A DNA stretch of 64,000 bases from Candidatus Levybacteria bacterium RIFCSPHIGHO2_01_FULL_40_16 (GTDB lineage Bacteria; Patescibacteriota; Microgenomatia; Levybacterales; UBA12049): assembly GCA_001783805.1 (NCBI GenBank), contig MFNS01000001.1, forward strand, positions 64,649 through 128,648, written 5' to 3'. The translations under genes and the position numbers were made by a program. Shown here piece by piece: positions 1 to 9,860 of this stretch. Under the pieces are notes generated by a model. It did not search any database and was not told the DNA's origin. It was given only the letters and a program-made list of their open reading frames with translations. Position 1 is the first letter of the stretch, and each line of letters starts with the position of its first letter.

Positions 1-1
1 T

Positions 2-532
2 ACGTACCTCCCCGAGAAAAGAAAATTTATTCAGGAATACGTATTACCGCTAAAGGAAAAGTATAATCTCAGGCTTTACGGTAGGGATTGGACAGCTTTA
101 GATAGATTTTTAAATATTATTCATAGAGCTGGCCAATATTATAATATTCCCTATTTGAGGTCTTTTAAAAAATACAAACCAACGCTTGAAGAAGAAAGAC
201 AAATTCATCGTTCCTCAACTATCGCGCTTAATATACATGAAGATTATCAAAAAAAAGATTTAGGGGATTTAAATGAACGGACTTTCAAAATTCCCATTTC
301 CGGTGGATTTGAGATTGTTGACAATGTTCCATCTTTATCGAAGTATTTTAAAGACGGAGAGGAATTAATTATAGCCAAAGACAAAAAAGATTGGTTTGAA
401 AAAATTGATTATTACATTAGAAATCCCAATAAGCGTTTGCCGATTATTGAAGCCGGTAAAAAAAAGGTATTAAAAGACCATACTTATCACAATAGGGTAC
501 GCCAATTGCTTTCAATATACGAAGATCTTTAA
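2..532 (+). CDS. 5'-truncated glycosyltransferase, CgeB-like / GT1-family C-terminal region (DUF3880-like)
   Basis: The reading frame is open from window position 2 and the listed ORF 155..532 is its 3' part. The C-terminal motifs resemble spore-maturation CgeB-like glycosyltransferases. Confidence 0.45.
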   Translation, partial: TYLPEKRKFIQEYVLPLKEKYNLRLYGRDWTALDRFLNIIHRAGQYYNIPYLRSFKKYKPTLEEERQIHRSSTIALNIHEDYQKKDLGDLNERTFKIPISGGFEIVDNVPSLSKYFKDGEELIIAKDKKDWFEKIDYYIRNPNKRLPIIEAGKKKVLKDHTYHNRVRQLLSIYEDL

Positions 533-543
533 AGGTAAAAGTG

Positions 544-1755
544 CTAGATATATTTCTGAAGAAAAGAGGTAAAAACCTCCTGCATCTTCGATATGTGTTT
601 TTGAGTAAGTCCATGGTGGCAACCAACTAAGATGCTTTGTTCCATAACGGTATTGGTTGCTGGAAATTCGTTCTCGAAAGTCTTATGGGGAATGTTTCTA
701 AATCCCGGTTGTTTTAAAATATTACCGGTAAAGACCGGGCGTGTTTGAATATTATTTTTTTCAAGATAAGTTGCAAGGGTAAGTCTGGAAAAAGGAACCG
801 TTTTTTTGATTGTTAAAGGAAATGCCAGCCATTGTGTTTTTACTTTTGGATCTTGAACGGGCAGAATAAAATAATCTTCATATTTTTTGAAAAACCCATA
901 CAACGTCTGAAAATTTTCCTCTCTCGTTTTCTTAAACGTAGCTAATTTATCAAGCTGGGCGTTGCCAAAAGCAGCTCCCATCTCAAGAGGTAGAAAATTA
1001 TATCCGATTTCATCAAAAATGAATTTAGCATCATATTGTAAGCCTCCAATTTTTGCCTTAAAACGTTTCGTAATGTCTTCTGTGTCGCCGAAAATAGAGG
1101 AGCTGCGTCCCCAGCCGCGTAAAACTTTTGCTCTATCTTCCCATTCCTTCCTGTTAACCAGCAACATTCCTCCTCCACCCCCGGCAGTTATAATATGAGA
1201 TCCATAAAAGCTTGTGGTGGTAATATCGCCAAAAGCTCCACTCGGTTTGTCATTATATGTCGCCGCAAATGTATCGCAGGAATCAATAATGAAATTGAGG
1301 TTGTGCCTAATTGCGATTTCCGCCAAACGTTTTAAATTAGGAACATTTCCGATTAGAAGAGGAATCATAAGCAATTTTGTTTTACCGGTTATCGCTTTTT
1401 CAATAAGATCAATGTTAATATTATATTTTCCTTCCTCGACATCAATAAATACCGGGATCAATTTTTTTTGCACAATCGGCGCAACTGTGGTAGAGAAAGT
1501 AAGAAGAGGGGTAATTACTTCGGATCCTTCCGGAAGATTTAACAGCTCCAAAGCGACTAAATTTGCGGACGAACCCGAATTTACCATAACTCCGTATCTA
1601 TATCCAAATTCCTTTGCGACTCTACTTTCGAATTCCCCTGTTTCTTTACCTATGATAGTCCTGTGTTCGTCTAAAACTTTTATTACCCTTTGTTTTTCCA
1701 AATCATCATGAACAGCAGAGGCATAGCTTATACGTAATGAAGAATTATTAATCAT
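544..1755 (-). CDS. rfbH: DegT/DnrJ/EryC1/StrS-family PLP/PMP enzyme, probable CDP-6-deoxy-D-xylo-4-hexulose 3-dehydrase (E1)
   Basis: 403 aa with a DegT fold (GSSANLVALELL..., ...TTSFYGSHIITAGGGGGML...). The active-site lysine position (SFxxxK) holds His (SFYGSH), as in E1 dehydrases. It is co-operonic with rfbF/rfbG-like genes. Confidence 0.6.
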   Translation of the reverse strand: MINNSSLRISYASAVHDDLEKQRVIKVLDEHRTIIGKETGEFESRVAKEFGYRYGVMVNSGSSANLVALELLNLPEGSEVITPLLTFSTTVAPIVQKKLIPVFIDVEEGKYNINIDLIEKAITGKTKLLMIPLLIGNVPNLKRLAEIAIRHNLNFIIDSCDTFAATYNDKPSGAFGDITTTSFYGSHIITAGGGGGMLLVNRKEWEDRAKVLRGWGRSSSIFGDTEDITKRFKAKIGGLQYDAKFIFDEIGYNFLPLEMGAAFGNAQLDKLATFKKTREENFQTLYGFFKKYEDYFILPVQDPKVKTQWLAFPLTIKKTVPFSRLTLATYLEKNNIQTRPVFTGNILKQPGFRNIPHKTFENEFPATNTVMEQSILVGCHHGLTQKHISKMQEVFTSFLQKYI

Positions 1756-1810
1756 ATAACTTTCCGATCATAAGGATGAATCTTTGCTTTTGCAATAGTC
1801 AATAGGAGTA

Positions 1811-2263
1811 TTATTTCGATATTAAATCCCATGCGTATGGGACAATCGAATTATCCGCCGGACTTATGCGTTTAATTTCTTTTGGGTCATGTGGCACATC
1901 GGAGCAATTTGCAACAATTGCACTTTCTGTTCCTACTCCTTTAAATCCATTCCAAATCATTGGAGGAATAGTAATAAGAGCGTAATTAGTGTCACCTGTA
2001 AATATCTCCGTAAGTTCCCCTTTAGTCTTGGAATTTTTACGATCGTCATATAAGACAAGTTTTATAAGACCTTTAATAACTGCATAATGTAATGTCATTT
2101 TTGTATGAATGTGCCAGGCTTTAACTACTTGAGGATGCACTACGGAAAAATATATCTCACCAAATTTAACAAATTCAGGATCGTCGTTACGCAACATATG
2201 CATGACCATTCCCCGTTCGTCAGGAATTTTTTTAAGCGGCCTAATGATAACCCCATCAATCAT
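1811..2263 (-). CDS. RmlC-like cupin NDP-sugar epimerase/isomerase (AscE/FdtA-like)
   Basis: 150-aa cupin with similarity to the dTDP-4-dehydrorhamnose 3,5-epimerase-like family. It is embedded in the dideoxyhexose operon. Confidence 0.5.
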   Translation of the reverse strand: MIDGVIIRPLKKIPDERGMVMHMLRNDDPEFVKFGEIYFSVVHPQVVKAWHIHTKMTLHYAVIKGLIKLVLYDDRKNSKTKGELTEIFTGDTNYALITIPPMIWNGFKGVGTESAIVANCSDVPHDPKEIKRISPADNSIVPYAWDLISK

Positions 2264-2277
2264 AAAATAATTATAAA

Positions 2278-3195
2278 CTATTTATTGTAAAAAGCATATA
2301 CTTTTTTTAGACCTTCAAATAAATTTGTTTGCGGTTGCCAGCCGAGGATTTTTTTTGCCTTTTCAGAATTACAAACCATATACATAATTTCATTTTTCGG
2401 GTAGGGGGTGTCAAAGAGAATATCTATTTTCCTCTTGCTTATTTTTTCCAGCATTCCTACGATTTCTTTGGGAGAATAAGTATTAGCGGACCCAACATTA
2501 AAAACCTCGTATTTTTTATAATCGTCGGATGTTATAAATGCTAACGCTTTAATATATGCGTTAATGATGTCGCCGACATAGGTAAAATTTAAACGCTGTT
2601 CTCCTTTGGTTAAATTAAAAGATTTACTATGAATAAAAGACTTTATAAGTAGCGGAATAAGTTTTTCGTTATCTTTTTCTCCATAAGGAAAAAAAAGCTT
2701 TAATGTCAATGCCCGAAAATCACTTTTTGCGTAGTATTTTAAAATTTTTTCAAAAGCGATTTTAGTTGCTGCGTAATAGTTGTATGGTTCCAAAAGATCT
2801 GTTTCGACAAGTTTTTTCGTAGAAGGTTTATATTCAAAGCAGGTGCCGGTATTAATAAAAGCTTTTACGCCATTTTTTACCGCCAGATTAAGAAGTAGAG
2901 AGGGGAAAGTAATATTTGTAGCATTCATCGTTTCTATATCTCCTAAGCTCTTCTCGTTTCTAATATAATAGGTAGCTAAATGCATGATAATGTCAAAATG
3001 ATATTTTTCAAATATTTTGGGAAGGTCGCTGTAGGAATCGATAGATAAGAAAGAGACATTCTTCTGTAAATTTTCTAGACGGGAGATGCTAGGGGAAGAT
3101 CGCTTGAGAAGATAAAGTTTATGATCAAATACCTGAAGTTTTTCCACGAGGTTGCTGCCGATAAATCCTGTTGATCCCGTAATGAGAATATTCAT
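2278..3195 (-). CDS. NAD(P)-dependent epimerase/dehydratase-family reductase (CDP-4-keto-dideoxyhexose reductase-like)
   Basis: N-terminal Rossmann motif ITGSTGFIGSNL and an SDR fold of 305 aa. Operon context. Confidence 0.55.
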   Translation of the reverse strand: MNILITGSTGFIGSNLVEKLQVFDHKLYLLKRSSPSISRLENLQKNVSFLSIDSYSDLPKIFEKYHFDIIMHLATYYIRNEKSLGDIETMNATNITFPSLLLNLAVKNGVKAFINTGTCFEYKPSTKKLVETDLLEPYNYYAATKIAFEKILKYYAKSDFRALTLKLFFPYGEKDNEKLIPLLIKSFIHSKSFNLTKGEQRLNFTYVGDIINAYIKALAFITSDDYKKYEVFNVGSANTYSPKEIVGMLEKISKRKIDILFDTPYPKNEIMYMVCNSEKAKKILGWQPQTNLFEGLKKVYAFYNK

Positions 3196-3215
3196 ATCAA
3201 GTAAAATCTAAGTTT

Positions 3216-4190
3216 TTATACTTTTAAGATCTTTTTATAATAATCAAAGATATCCGGTAAGACTTTTTCTATTGTAAACTTAGGTTTCCAGCCTAATTGC
3301 TTTTTTGCTTTTGTATAATCAAGAGATTGATATGGGATTTCATTGACAGCGGTATCGAGTACCTTGCAAAAAACTTTCTTCTTAAGCGTTTTTTCCACAA
3401 TTTTTAAAACTTCAAACACCGACAGGGTTTCACTGGAGCCGAAGTTAAATGCTTCCCCTTTAGTTTTTTTGATATTTTGAGCCAGCTGTAAGTAGCCTTC
3501 GATAACGTCTCTGACGTAAAGATAGTCTCTGACATATTCTCCATTGCTTCTTATTTCAAGCGTTTTATTTTCGATAATCGATTTTATTGCCCCAGGTATA
3601 ATTCTTGAAAAATTTAGATCACCCTCGCCATAGACGTTTCCAAATCTGCTTATCGTGATCGGAAGATTATAAGTTACAAAGTAAGATTGAGAAATTAAAT
3701 CGGTGCAAGACTTTGATACATCATACGGATGGTCACCCCTTAGAGCATCATCCTCCAGATACTTTTTCTTCTTGAGTTTGCCATATGACTTATCAGATGA
3801 CGCAACAACAATAGCTTTTAAATTTTTCACTTTTCGGGCGGCTTCAAGAACGTTTACTGTTCCTATTAGATTACTTTCAAAAGTTTCGAGAGGATTCGCA
3901 TATGCGTAAGGAACAATAGTGATTGCTGCTATGTGAAAAATATAATCCGGCGTGTACTCTTTAAAAATTCTCAATAGCTCTTTTCCGTTCCGAATGTCTG
4001 TTTTTCTAAATATAGCTTTTCCCTCAAGTTTATTTATTGAGAATAGGGAATTTGGATCGTTTTCGATATCTATTACAATCACGCGCGCTTTTTGCCTTAC
4101 TAATTCTGTGACTAAATTACTGCCTATGAAGCCGGTTCCTCCGGTAACAATAATGGCTTTATTTGCAAGGGCTATTTCCATATTTTCCAT
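3216..4190 (-). CDS. rfbG: NDP-sugar 4,6-dehydratase, probable CDP-glucose 4,6-dehydratase
   Basis: Motifs VTGGTGFIGSN, SSDKSYG and YDVSKS (the YxxxK triad region). Size is about 325 aa and it lies immediately downstream of the rfbF-like gene. The start was chosen at the internal ATG (MENMEIAL...); the ORF track begins at an upstream GTG. Confidence 0.55.
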   Translation of the reverse strand: MENMEIALANKAIIVTGGTGFIGSNLVTELVRQKARVIVIDIENDPNSLFSINKLEGKAIFRKTDIRNGKELLRIFKEYTPDYIFHIAAITIVPYAYANPLETFESNLIGTVNVLEAARKVKNLKAIVVASSDKSYGKLKKKKYLEDDALRGDHPYDVSKSCTDLISQSYFVTYNLPITISRFGNVYGEGDLNFSRIIPGAIKSIIENKTLEIRSNGEYVRDYLYVRDVIEGYLQLAQNIKKTKGEAFNFGSSETLSVFEVLKIVEKTLKKKVFCKVLDTAVNEIPYQSLDYTKAKKQLGWKPKFTIEKVLPDIFDYYKKILKV

Positions 4191-4951
4191 GGGGGGTTTT
4201 GATCTTTCCACATGGCATTAAGATCTTCAAGCTCTTTATATGTGTCGACTGCAAACCAAAATCCTTCATGTCTGTAGAGAGAAAGTTGTTTAATTTTTGC
4301 CAATCTCCTGAATGCTTCATGTTCAAACTCGCCCGGCCGAAGATAGCTAAAAAAATTTCGTTTAAATACCATAAAGCCACCGTTGACCCAGTCGGACAAA
4401 ACAGGTTTTTCCGTGAACCCGCTAACTAACGAGTCATTTCTTACATTAACCAATCCGTACTTGGTTCGTGGGTGAACGCCTGAAATTGTGCCGATTGTTT
4501 TCTGTTTTTTGTGGAACGTGAGTAAACTTTTAATATTAAGATTGGTTACGCCGTCACCATATGTAACCATAAAATCCGTGTCTGTTTCAGGAATATATTT
4601 TTGACAGCGTAATATTCTTTCTCCTGGAAGAGTTTCAAGCCCCGTATCGACAAATGTAATTTTAAAATCGTCAAACTTAGTTCTATTTTCCAGATAATAT
4701 TTAGTGCTGTGCGACTTTGTATCAAGGGTAAAATCAGAGGTGAATGCTTTTTGGTTAAGAAAGAAATCTTTTATGTAATCTGCTTTGTAGCCGAGAGCAA
4801 AAATAAATTCATTAATTCCATAATGAGCATAGATTTTCATGATATGCCAAATTATTGGTTGGTTGCCGACATACACCATCGGTTTTGGCTTATATTCGCT
4901 TTCTTCTTTTAACCTCGTTCCGGCTCCACCGCAAAGAATAATAACTTTCAT
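4172..4951 (-). CDS. rfbF: glucose-1-phosphate cytidylyltransferase
   Basis: MKVIILCGGAGTRLKEESEYKPKPMV...GNQPIIWHIMKIY closely matches the RfbF/DdhA N-terminus. 259 aa. Confidence 0.75.
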   Translation of the reverse strand: MKVIILCGGAGTRLKEESEYKPKPMVYVGNQPIIWHIMKIYAHYGINEFIFALGYKADYIKDFFLNQKAFTSDFTLDTKSHSTKYYLENRTKFDDFKITFVDTGLETLPGERILRCQKYIPETDTDFMVTYGDGVTNLNIKSLLTFHKKQKTIGTISGVHPRTKYGLVNVRNDSLVSGFTEKPVLSDWVNGGFMVFKRNFFSYLRPGEFEHEAFRRLAKIKQLSLYRHEGFWFAVDTYKELEDLNAMWKDQNPPWKIWK

Positions 4952-5038
4952 GAGGAAAGTATAGCATTTATTCCCGTAAATCTCTACTGAATTATAAATA
5001 CCTATGATATACTTACGTTAAGTTTAATAAGTATATTT

Positions 5039-7333
5039 GTGAAAAAAACAACGTTTTTAATATTTTTAGGGTTCTTTGCTCTCTCAGTAATATTTTTTTA
5101 CATATCATTCCACCAGTTGAAAGGTAATCAATTTTATTTTATTGGAGACCAGTTTCTCAGGTTTTCCTATAACGAAACATTTATCAACTCATTTTTTATA
5201 CGAAGATGGGGAAATCTTGGTGTTCTGAATTGTTGGCAATTAATGATCCCGTTTTGGGATGTAATTTATTATTTAATTGCCTATAAGCTGGGTGCTTCTT
5301 TATTTTTTGTTGATAGGTTTTATTTTTTTATAGTAACTCCGATTTCTTTGGTAGCATCATTTATCGGATTTAAAAAAATTAGCGAGTTGGTGATCGGTAA
5401 AATTAATTTGGCTTGCGTTTTTGTAATAACACTTTGGTATTATATTAATCCTTATTCAGTCAGTTTATTCCATGGAGGGGGATATGGTTTTAGCGTAGCA
5501 TTTGCTTATTCATTCGCGCCATTAATAATTTATTATTTTCATGAAGCAATTTTTACAGAGTTTAAGATTAACAATGCAGTCATTTGCGCGCTGCTTCTTT
5601 TTTTTGCGTCATTCACGTTTTGGCTTTCTTCCCCGCTTGTGCTCACTTTAATTTTATACACTTTAATATTTACAGCGCTAAATCCAAAATTTATTAAAAG
5701 GGTATTGGCAAACGGCTTACGATTACTATTAATTTTCCTTCCCTTAATAAGCGTTTTTCTTTTTACCGTACTGTATGAATACTTTAACCATGCCGGAGAT
5801 AATAATGCAACTTTCATGCCTACCTTTGGTAACGAAATGGGAGGAATTTGGTATCAATTACTAATGCTATTTTCGTGGGGTATTTATAATGTTTGGACGC
5901 CTAGGGCTATGTATCCATTTTTTAGCTACTATTTTTCTGCGCCCTATATAATTTCCACACTTGCTGTATACGTAATTATACTCATCGGACTGCTAAGGTT
6001 TTGTAGCCCGGCTTATCGATTGATAAAAGTTTTTATATATCAAATGGGAAAATTGCTAACTCTACGAAAAAACAAAATTAAAGTTCAGCGAATATCTTAC
6101 CAAGCAAAAATAATAATAAGCGTGATCGGGTTATTTCTTATTTCCCTCTTTTTAGCTAAGGGACCGCAACCCCCTTTCGGTGAGGTATTCTTATTCCTTT
6201 ATAACAAGGTACCATTTTTTTCGGTTTTCAGAACTCCGGATATAAGATTTGGATTCATTATCGTATTGATGATTTCAATCATGTTAATTTTCGTATCAGC
6301 TTGGTATAAAAAAACAATATTTATTCCATTAATCATAATTATCATGCTAGTTCAGAGCACTAATTTTTTTAACGGCAATGTACTGCGTGGTGAGAATATC
6401 AAGGATTTATTTTATGAAAGAATTCTAGAAATACCAAGGGAGTATACCGATGTTGCAAATTATTTAAATAAACAAAAAGAACCATTTGGGTACATCTTTA
6501 CGTTACCTTCTCAAGCATATGGTCATTTTAGACTTGAAAAGGAAATCCATCATTTTGGTCAAGATATCCTGCAGAAATTAGTCAATGACCCCTCCCTGTA
6601 TCTTGATATGTCTGATGGAACAAGTAATAAAGCTTATACAGCAGTTGCCAACGTAATTAAAAATAAGGATTTTAAATCTATCGCTAAGTTTCCCATAAAA
6701 TATATAATTTTCAGAAAAGATGTGGTATGTGATGGGTGTAGCGATATAGCAATGAAGGATCTAGAAAAATATTTTAAGCTAGTATTCCAAAACGATTTAT
6801 TTTATGTCTACAAAGTTGATAGCTTCAGGCCGATAGTCGATTCTTCAAATATTACCTATCGGATTATAAATCCGACAAAAATTAAAGTTTACTTTCGAAA
6901 TGTCAAAAAGATTCAAGATTTCAGTTTGATGCTTAGTTTTAATAATGACTGGAAATTATATGTCACAAGTTACGCCAATAAATTAATCTGTAATGACGGG
7001 AAATTATACAGCCATCTTGATGTCCAAGAATGTTTTGCGGGATATAAATTTTTTGAGAATGAAGATTTATCTTATTTGTGGAGGAAGCAGATATTTCAAG
7101 ACAGTCATGAGCTTGAAGGTAATTATGCAAACAAATGGTTAATAGATCCGGCAACTATTAAAAAGGGAAATCCTCAAATGTATTCGGTGAATAAAGATGG
7201 TTCAATAAACTTTGAGTTAATTATCTATTATCAACCCCAATCCTGGTTTTATCTAACTTTCCTAATGTCATCCTTCTCTCTTGTTGTAATATGCATATTT
7301 TTATTACTAAAGCATAGAAGAAAATATGAATAA
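5039..7333 (+). CDS. polytopic membrane protein, GT-C-fold-like glycosyltransferase candidate with C-terminal extracytoplasmic domain
   Basis: 764 aa with at least 12 predicted TM segments and an acidic GDQF motif in the first loop. The conserved GPQPPFGE motif is shared with the paralog at 14627. It has a C-terminal soluble domain plus a terminal TM, and a GTG start. Confidence 0.45.
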   Translation: MKKTTFLIFLGFFALSVIFFYISFHQLKGNQFYFIGDQFLRFSYNETFINSFFIRRWGNLGVLNCWQLMIPFWDVIYYLIAYKLGASLFFVDRFYFFIVTPISLVASFIGFKKISELVIGKINLACVFVITLWYYINPYSVSLFHGGGYGFSVAFAYSFAPLIIYYFHEAIFTEFKINNAVICALLLFFASFTFWLSSPLVLTLILYTLIFTALNPKFIKRVLANGLRLLLIFLPLISVFLFTVLYEYFNHAGDNNATFMPTFGNEMGGIWYQLLMLFSWGIYNVWTPRAMYPFFSYYFSAPYIISTLAVYVIILIGLLRFCSPAYRLIKVFIYQMGKLLTLRKNKIKVQRISYQAKIIISVIGLFLISLFLAKGPQPPFGEVFLFLYNKVPFFSVFRTPDIRFGFIIVLMISIMLIFVSAWYKKTIFIPLIIIIMLVQSTNFFNGNVLRGENIKDLFYERILEIPREYTDVANYLNKQKEPFGYIFTLPSQAYGHFRLEKEIHHFGQDILQKLVNDPSLYLDMSDGTSNKAYTAVANVIKNKDFKSIAKFPIKYIIFRKDVVCDGCSDIAMKDLEKYFKLVFQNDLFYVYKVDSFRPIVDSSNITYRIINPTKIKVYFRNVKKIQDFSLMLSFNNDWKLYVTSYANKLICNDGKLYSHLDVQECFAGYKFFENEDLSYLWRKQIFQDSHELEGNYANKWLIDPATIKKGNPQMYSVNKDGSINFELIIYYQPQSWFYLTFLMSSFSLVVICIFLLLKHRRKYE

Positions 7334-7412
7334 CAATCAAGCTTACAATTATTATATATTGCGTTTGCAATATGTGAAATAATTACTGTAAACTCAAACA
7401 AGGTTCTTTTAT

Positions 7413-9008
7413 ATGGTAAAAAATAAAAAACATGGTACCGTGTTACAACGTAATGTTTTTGTTGAGCTCTATAAAATAATTCTTGTTAAGAAGTTTATTA
7501 ATTTCATAACAAGCTTTGATTATATCGGCTTAATTTTTTTTCTCTGGAGTGTGACTATTTATCTTAGCCGTTGGATACCTTGCTACAATCTCTTAATTAA
7601 CATAGATCCTTTTGATGGGGCGTTGCGACTCGTTGCGGGGTTATATTCATCAGCATCTAATTTTAAAATTTATAATGATTTTGGCATTTTATATCCACCG
7701 GGACTTGTATTTCTTTATCAAACTTTTCACTTAAATTACACCTCGGCTTATCATTTCTTTTCATTGTTATTTTTGACGCTTACAATAGCGATTGTCTCGT
7801 TTGTTTATTACAAGACTAAATCGTTTTTCTTTTCAGGTATTTACGTGTTATTTCTTACTTGGCCTTTTTTGGTAACGAATGATCCTTTTACCGATATCGT
7901 CTGGACTATTTTTGCAACCCTGCTTCTTTTCTATCTAAAAGAAGGAGATAGGAAATATGTTTGGTTTATTATTGCAGCTGGTGTTGCCAGCATGTGGTTT
8001 AAATGGGAGAGAGTTGCAACATTGCTTGCTTTAAGCATCTTTGCATGCGTTGGTTTATATTTTATTAAATCCAAGTCGAAGGAATTGTTAAGTGCGGTTA
8101 AAATTTTAGGAGCTACAGCGGGTATCGGGCTTTTGTCTTTTTTAGTATATTTTGTTGCAAATTCAATTAATATCGCAAATGCATTGTATTTTATATTTAT
8201 TGTTCCTTTTAAAGTCGTTGCTTACAGAAAGATCACTCCTCCGCCATTAACACTTATAGAAGATTCAATTTTTTCTATCAACAATTTGTTATATCTTTGT
8301 TTTTTGCTGATCATTGTGTTATTCATTACGGTTGTTGCCCATAAGCTCTACGATAAAAAAATGCCTCTATATATTTTCCTGATTTTATTGCCGTTATCGC
8401 AAATCCCCTACGCTATCGGTAGGTCCGAAGCGGGACACCAAACACCATTATTTTTCACTATCTTAATGGTTTTAATTTTTTATTGTTATTTGGAAAAGAA
8501 AATAAAAGCAATTCTTATTTTTCCGGTTATATTTTATATCGTTGCCTGGGGTCTTCCTACGATTCACGGCTTGGATTATAGTTATTTAAAAGTAACACCT
8601 ACATATTTTGGGGTACTAAATGATTTCATTCAGGATTGTAGAAATAAAATAACAACCCAAGATTACAAAACGATATTTGTTGGTCGTACCGACTATAATC
8701 GCTATAGGTATAATGACGCGAGATTTTATTTAGTTAATATTTATGCCAAGCCGGCCACAAAATATATTAGCGATGAGCCGGGTTTGCAAAATAATTGTTA
8801 TGATGGGGGAAGAATCAGTCAAGATTTAACTAACGCGCAAAAACCTATGCTTGCGTTTATCGATTTTCATCCCGGCGCTCAAGGAACAGATCCAAATCCG
8901 GCTGCTGCGAATATGGTATCCTGCGGAAAAATAGAGAAATGGTTAATTGACCATCCTTACAAAAATTTGGGAGTCTGTAACGGACTTGAGATCCGCTTGT
9001 ATAAATGA
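7413..9008 (+). CDS. polytopic membrane protein, GT-C-like candidate
   Basis: 531 aa, multi-TM, with DPFDG in the first loop and a Cys-containing C-terminal soluble domain. Confidence 0.35.
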   Translation: MVKNKKHGTVLQRNVFVELYKIILVKKFINFITSFDYIGLIFFLWSVTIYLSRWIPCYNLLINIDPFDGALRLVAGLYSSASNFKIYNDFGILYPPGLVFLYQTFHLNYTSAYHFFSLLFLTLTIAIVSFVYYKTKSFFFSGIYVLFLTWPFLVTNDPFTDIVWTIFATLLLFYLKEGDRKYVWFIIAAGVASMWFKWERVATLLALSIFACVGLYFIKSKSKELLSAVKILGATAGIGLLSFLVYFVANSINIANALYFIFIVPFKVVAYRKITPPPLTLIEDSIFSINNLLYLCFLLIIVLFITVVAHKLYDKKMPLYIFLILLPLSQIPYAIGRSEAGHQTPLFFTILMVLIFYCYLEKKIKAILIFPVIFYIVAWGLPTIHGLDYSYLKVTPTYFGVLNDFIQDCRNKITTQDYKTIFVGRTDYNRYRYNDARFYLVNIYAKPATKYISDEPGLQNNCYDGGRISQDLTNAQKPMLAFIDFHPGAQGTDPNPAAANMVSCGKIEKWLIDHPYKNLGVCNGLEIRLYK

Positions 9009-9012
9009 TATT

Positions 9013-9738
9013 TTAGTGTATCCTTTTTAGGTAACCGTTTGGATTGAATGTGAGGAGATATTTTTCCCGACTTATGTCAGAGATAAATTGATTATTTGTT
9101 TTTTTAAACTCAGTAAGTGCTTCCATTGGTCCCGGACCATGCTCTTTAAATACAGGGTGACCATTAACGTTTGTGTCCTCAACAATAATATAGCTTCCTT
9201 TTGTAACGAACCCACTGTAGGCCTTAAGTTCTTTAAGGACATATTCAGCAGTATGATTCGAATCGAGTACCGCTAATACTTTATCGTTTTTGTGAATAGA
9301 TTTTTTTATTTTTTCAAGTACGGTTTCATCTATTGACGAACCGGAAATGTACTTAATTCTTTTATGTTTTGGTAAATTTGGCCATTTGTTAATATCAACA
9401 GTAACTATTTTTCCTTTTCCAAGAAAATCGCAAAGACAGGCCATGTAATAAGTGCTTCCTCCGCTTGCGGTGCCGGTTTCTATAATGACATCGGGTTTAA
9501 CATCGTAAATAATGTCTTGAAATATGTGTAGATCAAGCGGACACTTCTGTACGGGAATGCCGAAAAAGTATGTATCATGCCATGTTTTTCCTTGGGTGTG
9601 GGAATCATAATAAAGGTTGTGAAATCTGTCTATAATTTGTTGTTTTTTTTGAGGTTGTACAGAGAAGTTTAAAAATTCAAGCAGTTTTTTTATTCTATAT
9701 TGGATTCTTTTTGCGTATCGTAAAATTGTATTGGACAT
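9013..9738 (-). CDS. CmcI-family (cephalosporin-hydroxylase-like) SAM-dependent O-methyltransferase
   Basis: VIIETGTASGGSTYYMA...IVTVDIN is typical of the CmcI / rhamnosyl-O-methyltransferase family. 241 aa. Confidence 0.6.
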   Translation of the reverse strand: MSNTILRYAKRIQYRIKKLLEFLNFSVQPQKKQQIIDRFHNLYYDSHTQGKTWHDTYFFGIPVQKCPLDLHIFQDIIYDVKPDVIIETGTASGGSTYYMACLCDFLGKGKIVTVDINKWPNLPKHKRIKYISGSSIDETVLEKIKKSIHKNDKVLAVLDSNHTAEYVLKELKAYSGFVTKGSYIIVEDTNVNGHPVFKEHGPGPMEALTEFKKTNNQFISDISREKYLLTFNPNGYLKRIH

Positions 9739-9823
9739 AAATAAAACTTTCTACGAGAGCTATTAACGCATGATAGAGGTTTTTTGTCAAGAGAGCAAGA
9801 ATGTATGTTTAAAAACCTGTTCG

Positions 9824-9851
9824 TTGCATTTTTATCGAAATATATTACAAT
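9824..9851 (+). promoter_or_regulatory. sigma70-like promoter TTGCAT-N16-TACAAT upstream of GTG 9861
   Basis: Lies in the divergent intergenic region. The -10 is about 9 nt from the start codon. Confidence 0.35.
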
Positions 9852-9860
9852 AGCTGTATT

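Noticed and set aside
942-1711. Antisense/overlapping ORFs (942..1178-, 962..1198+, 1214..1711+) inside the DegT gene
   Set aside because: They lie entirely within a well-supported CDS on the opposite strand or in another frame. They have low-complexity composition and no motifs, so they are spurious.
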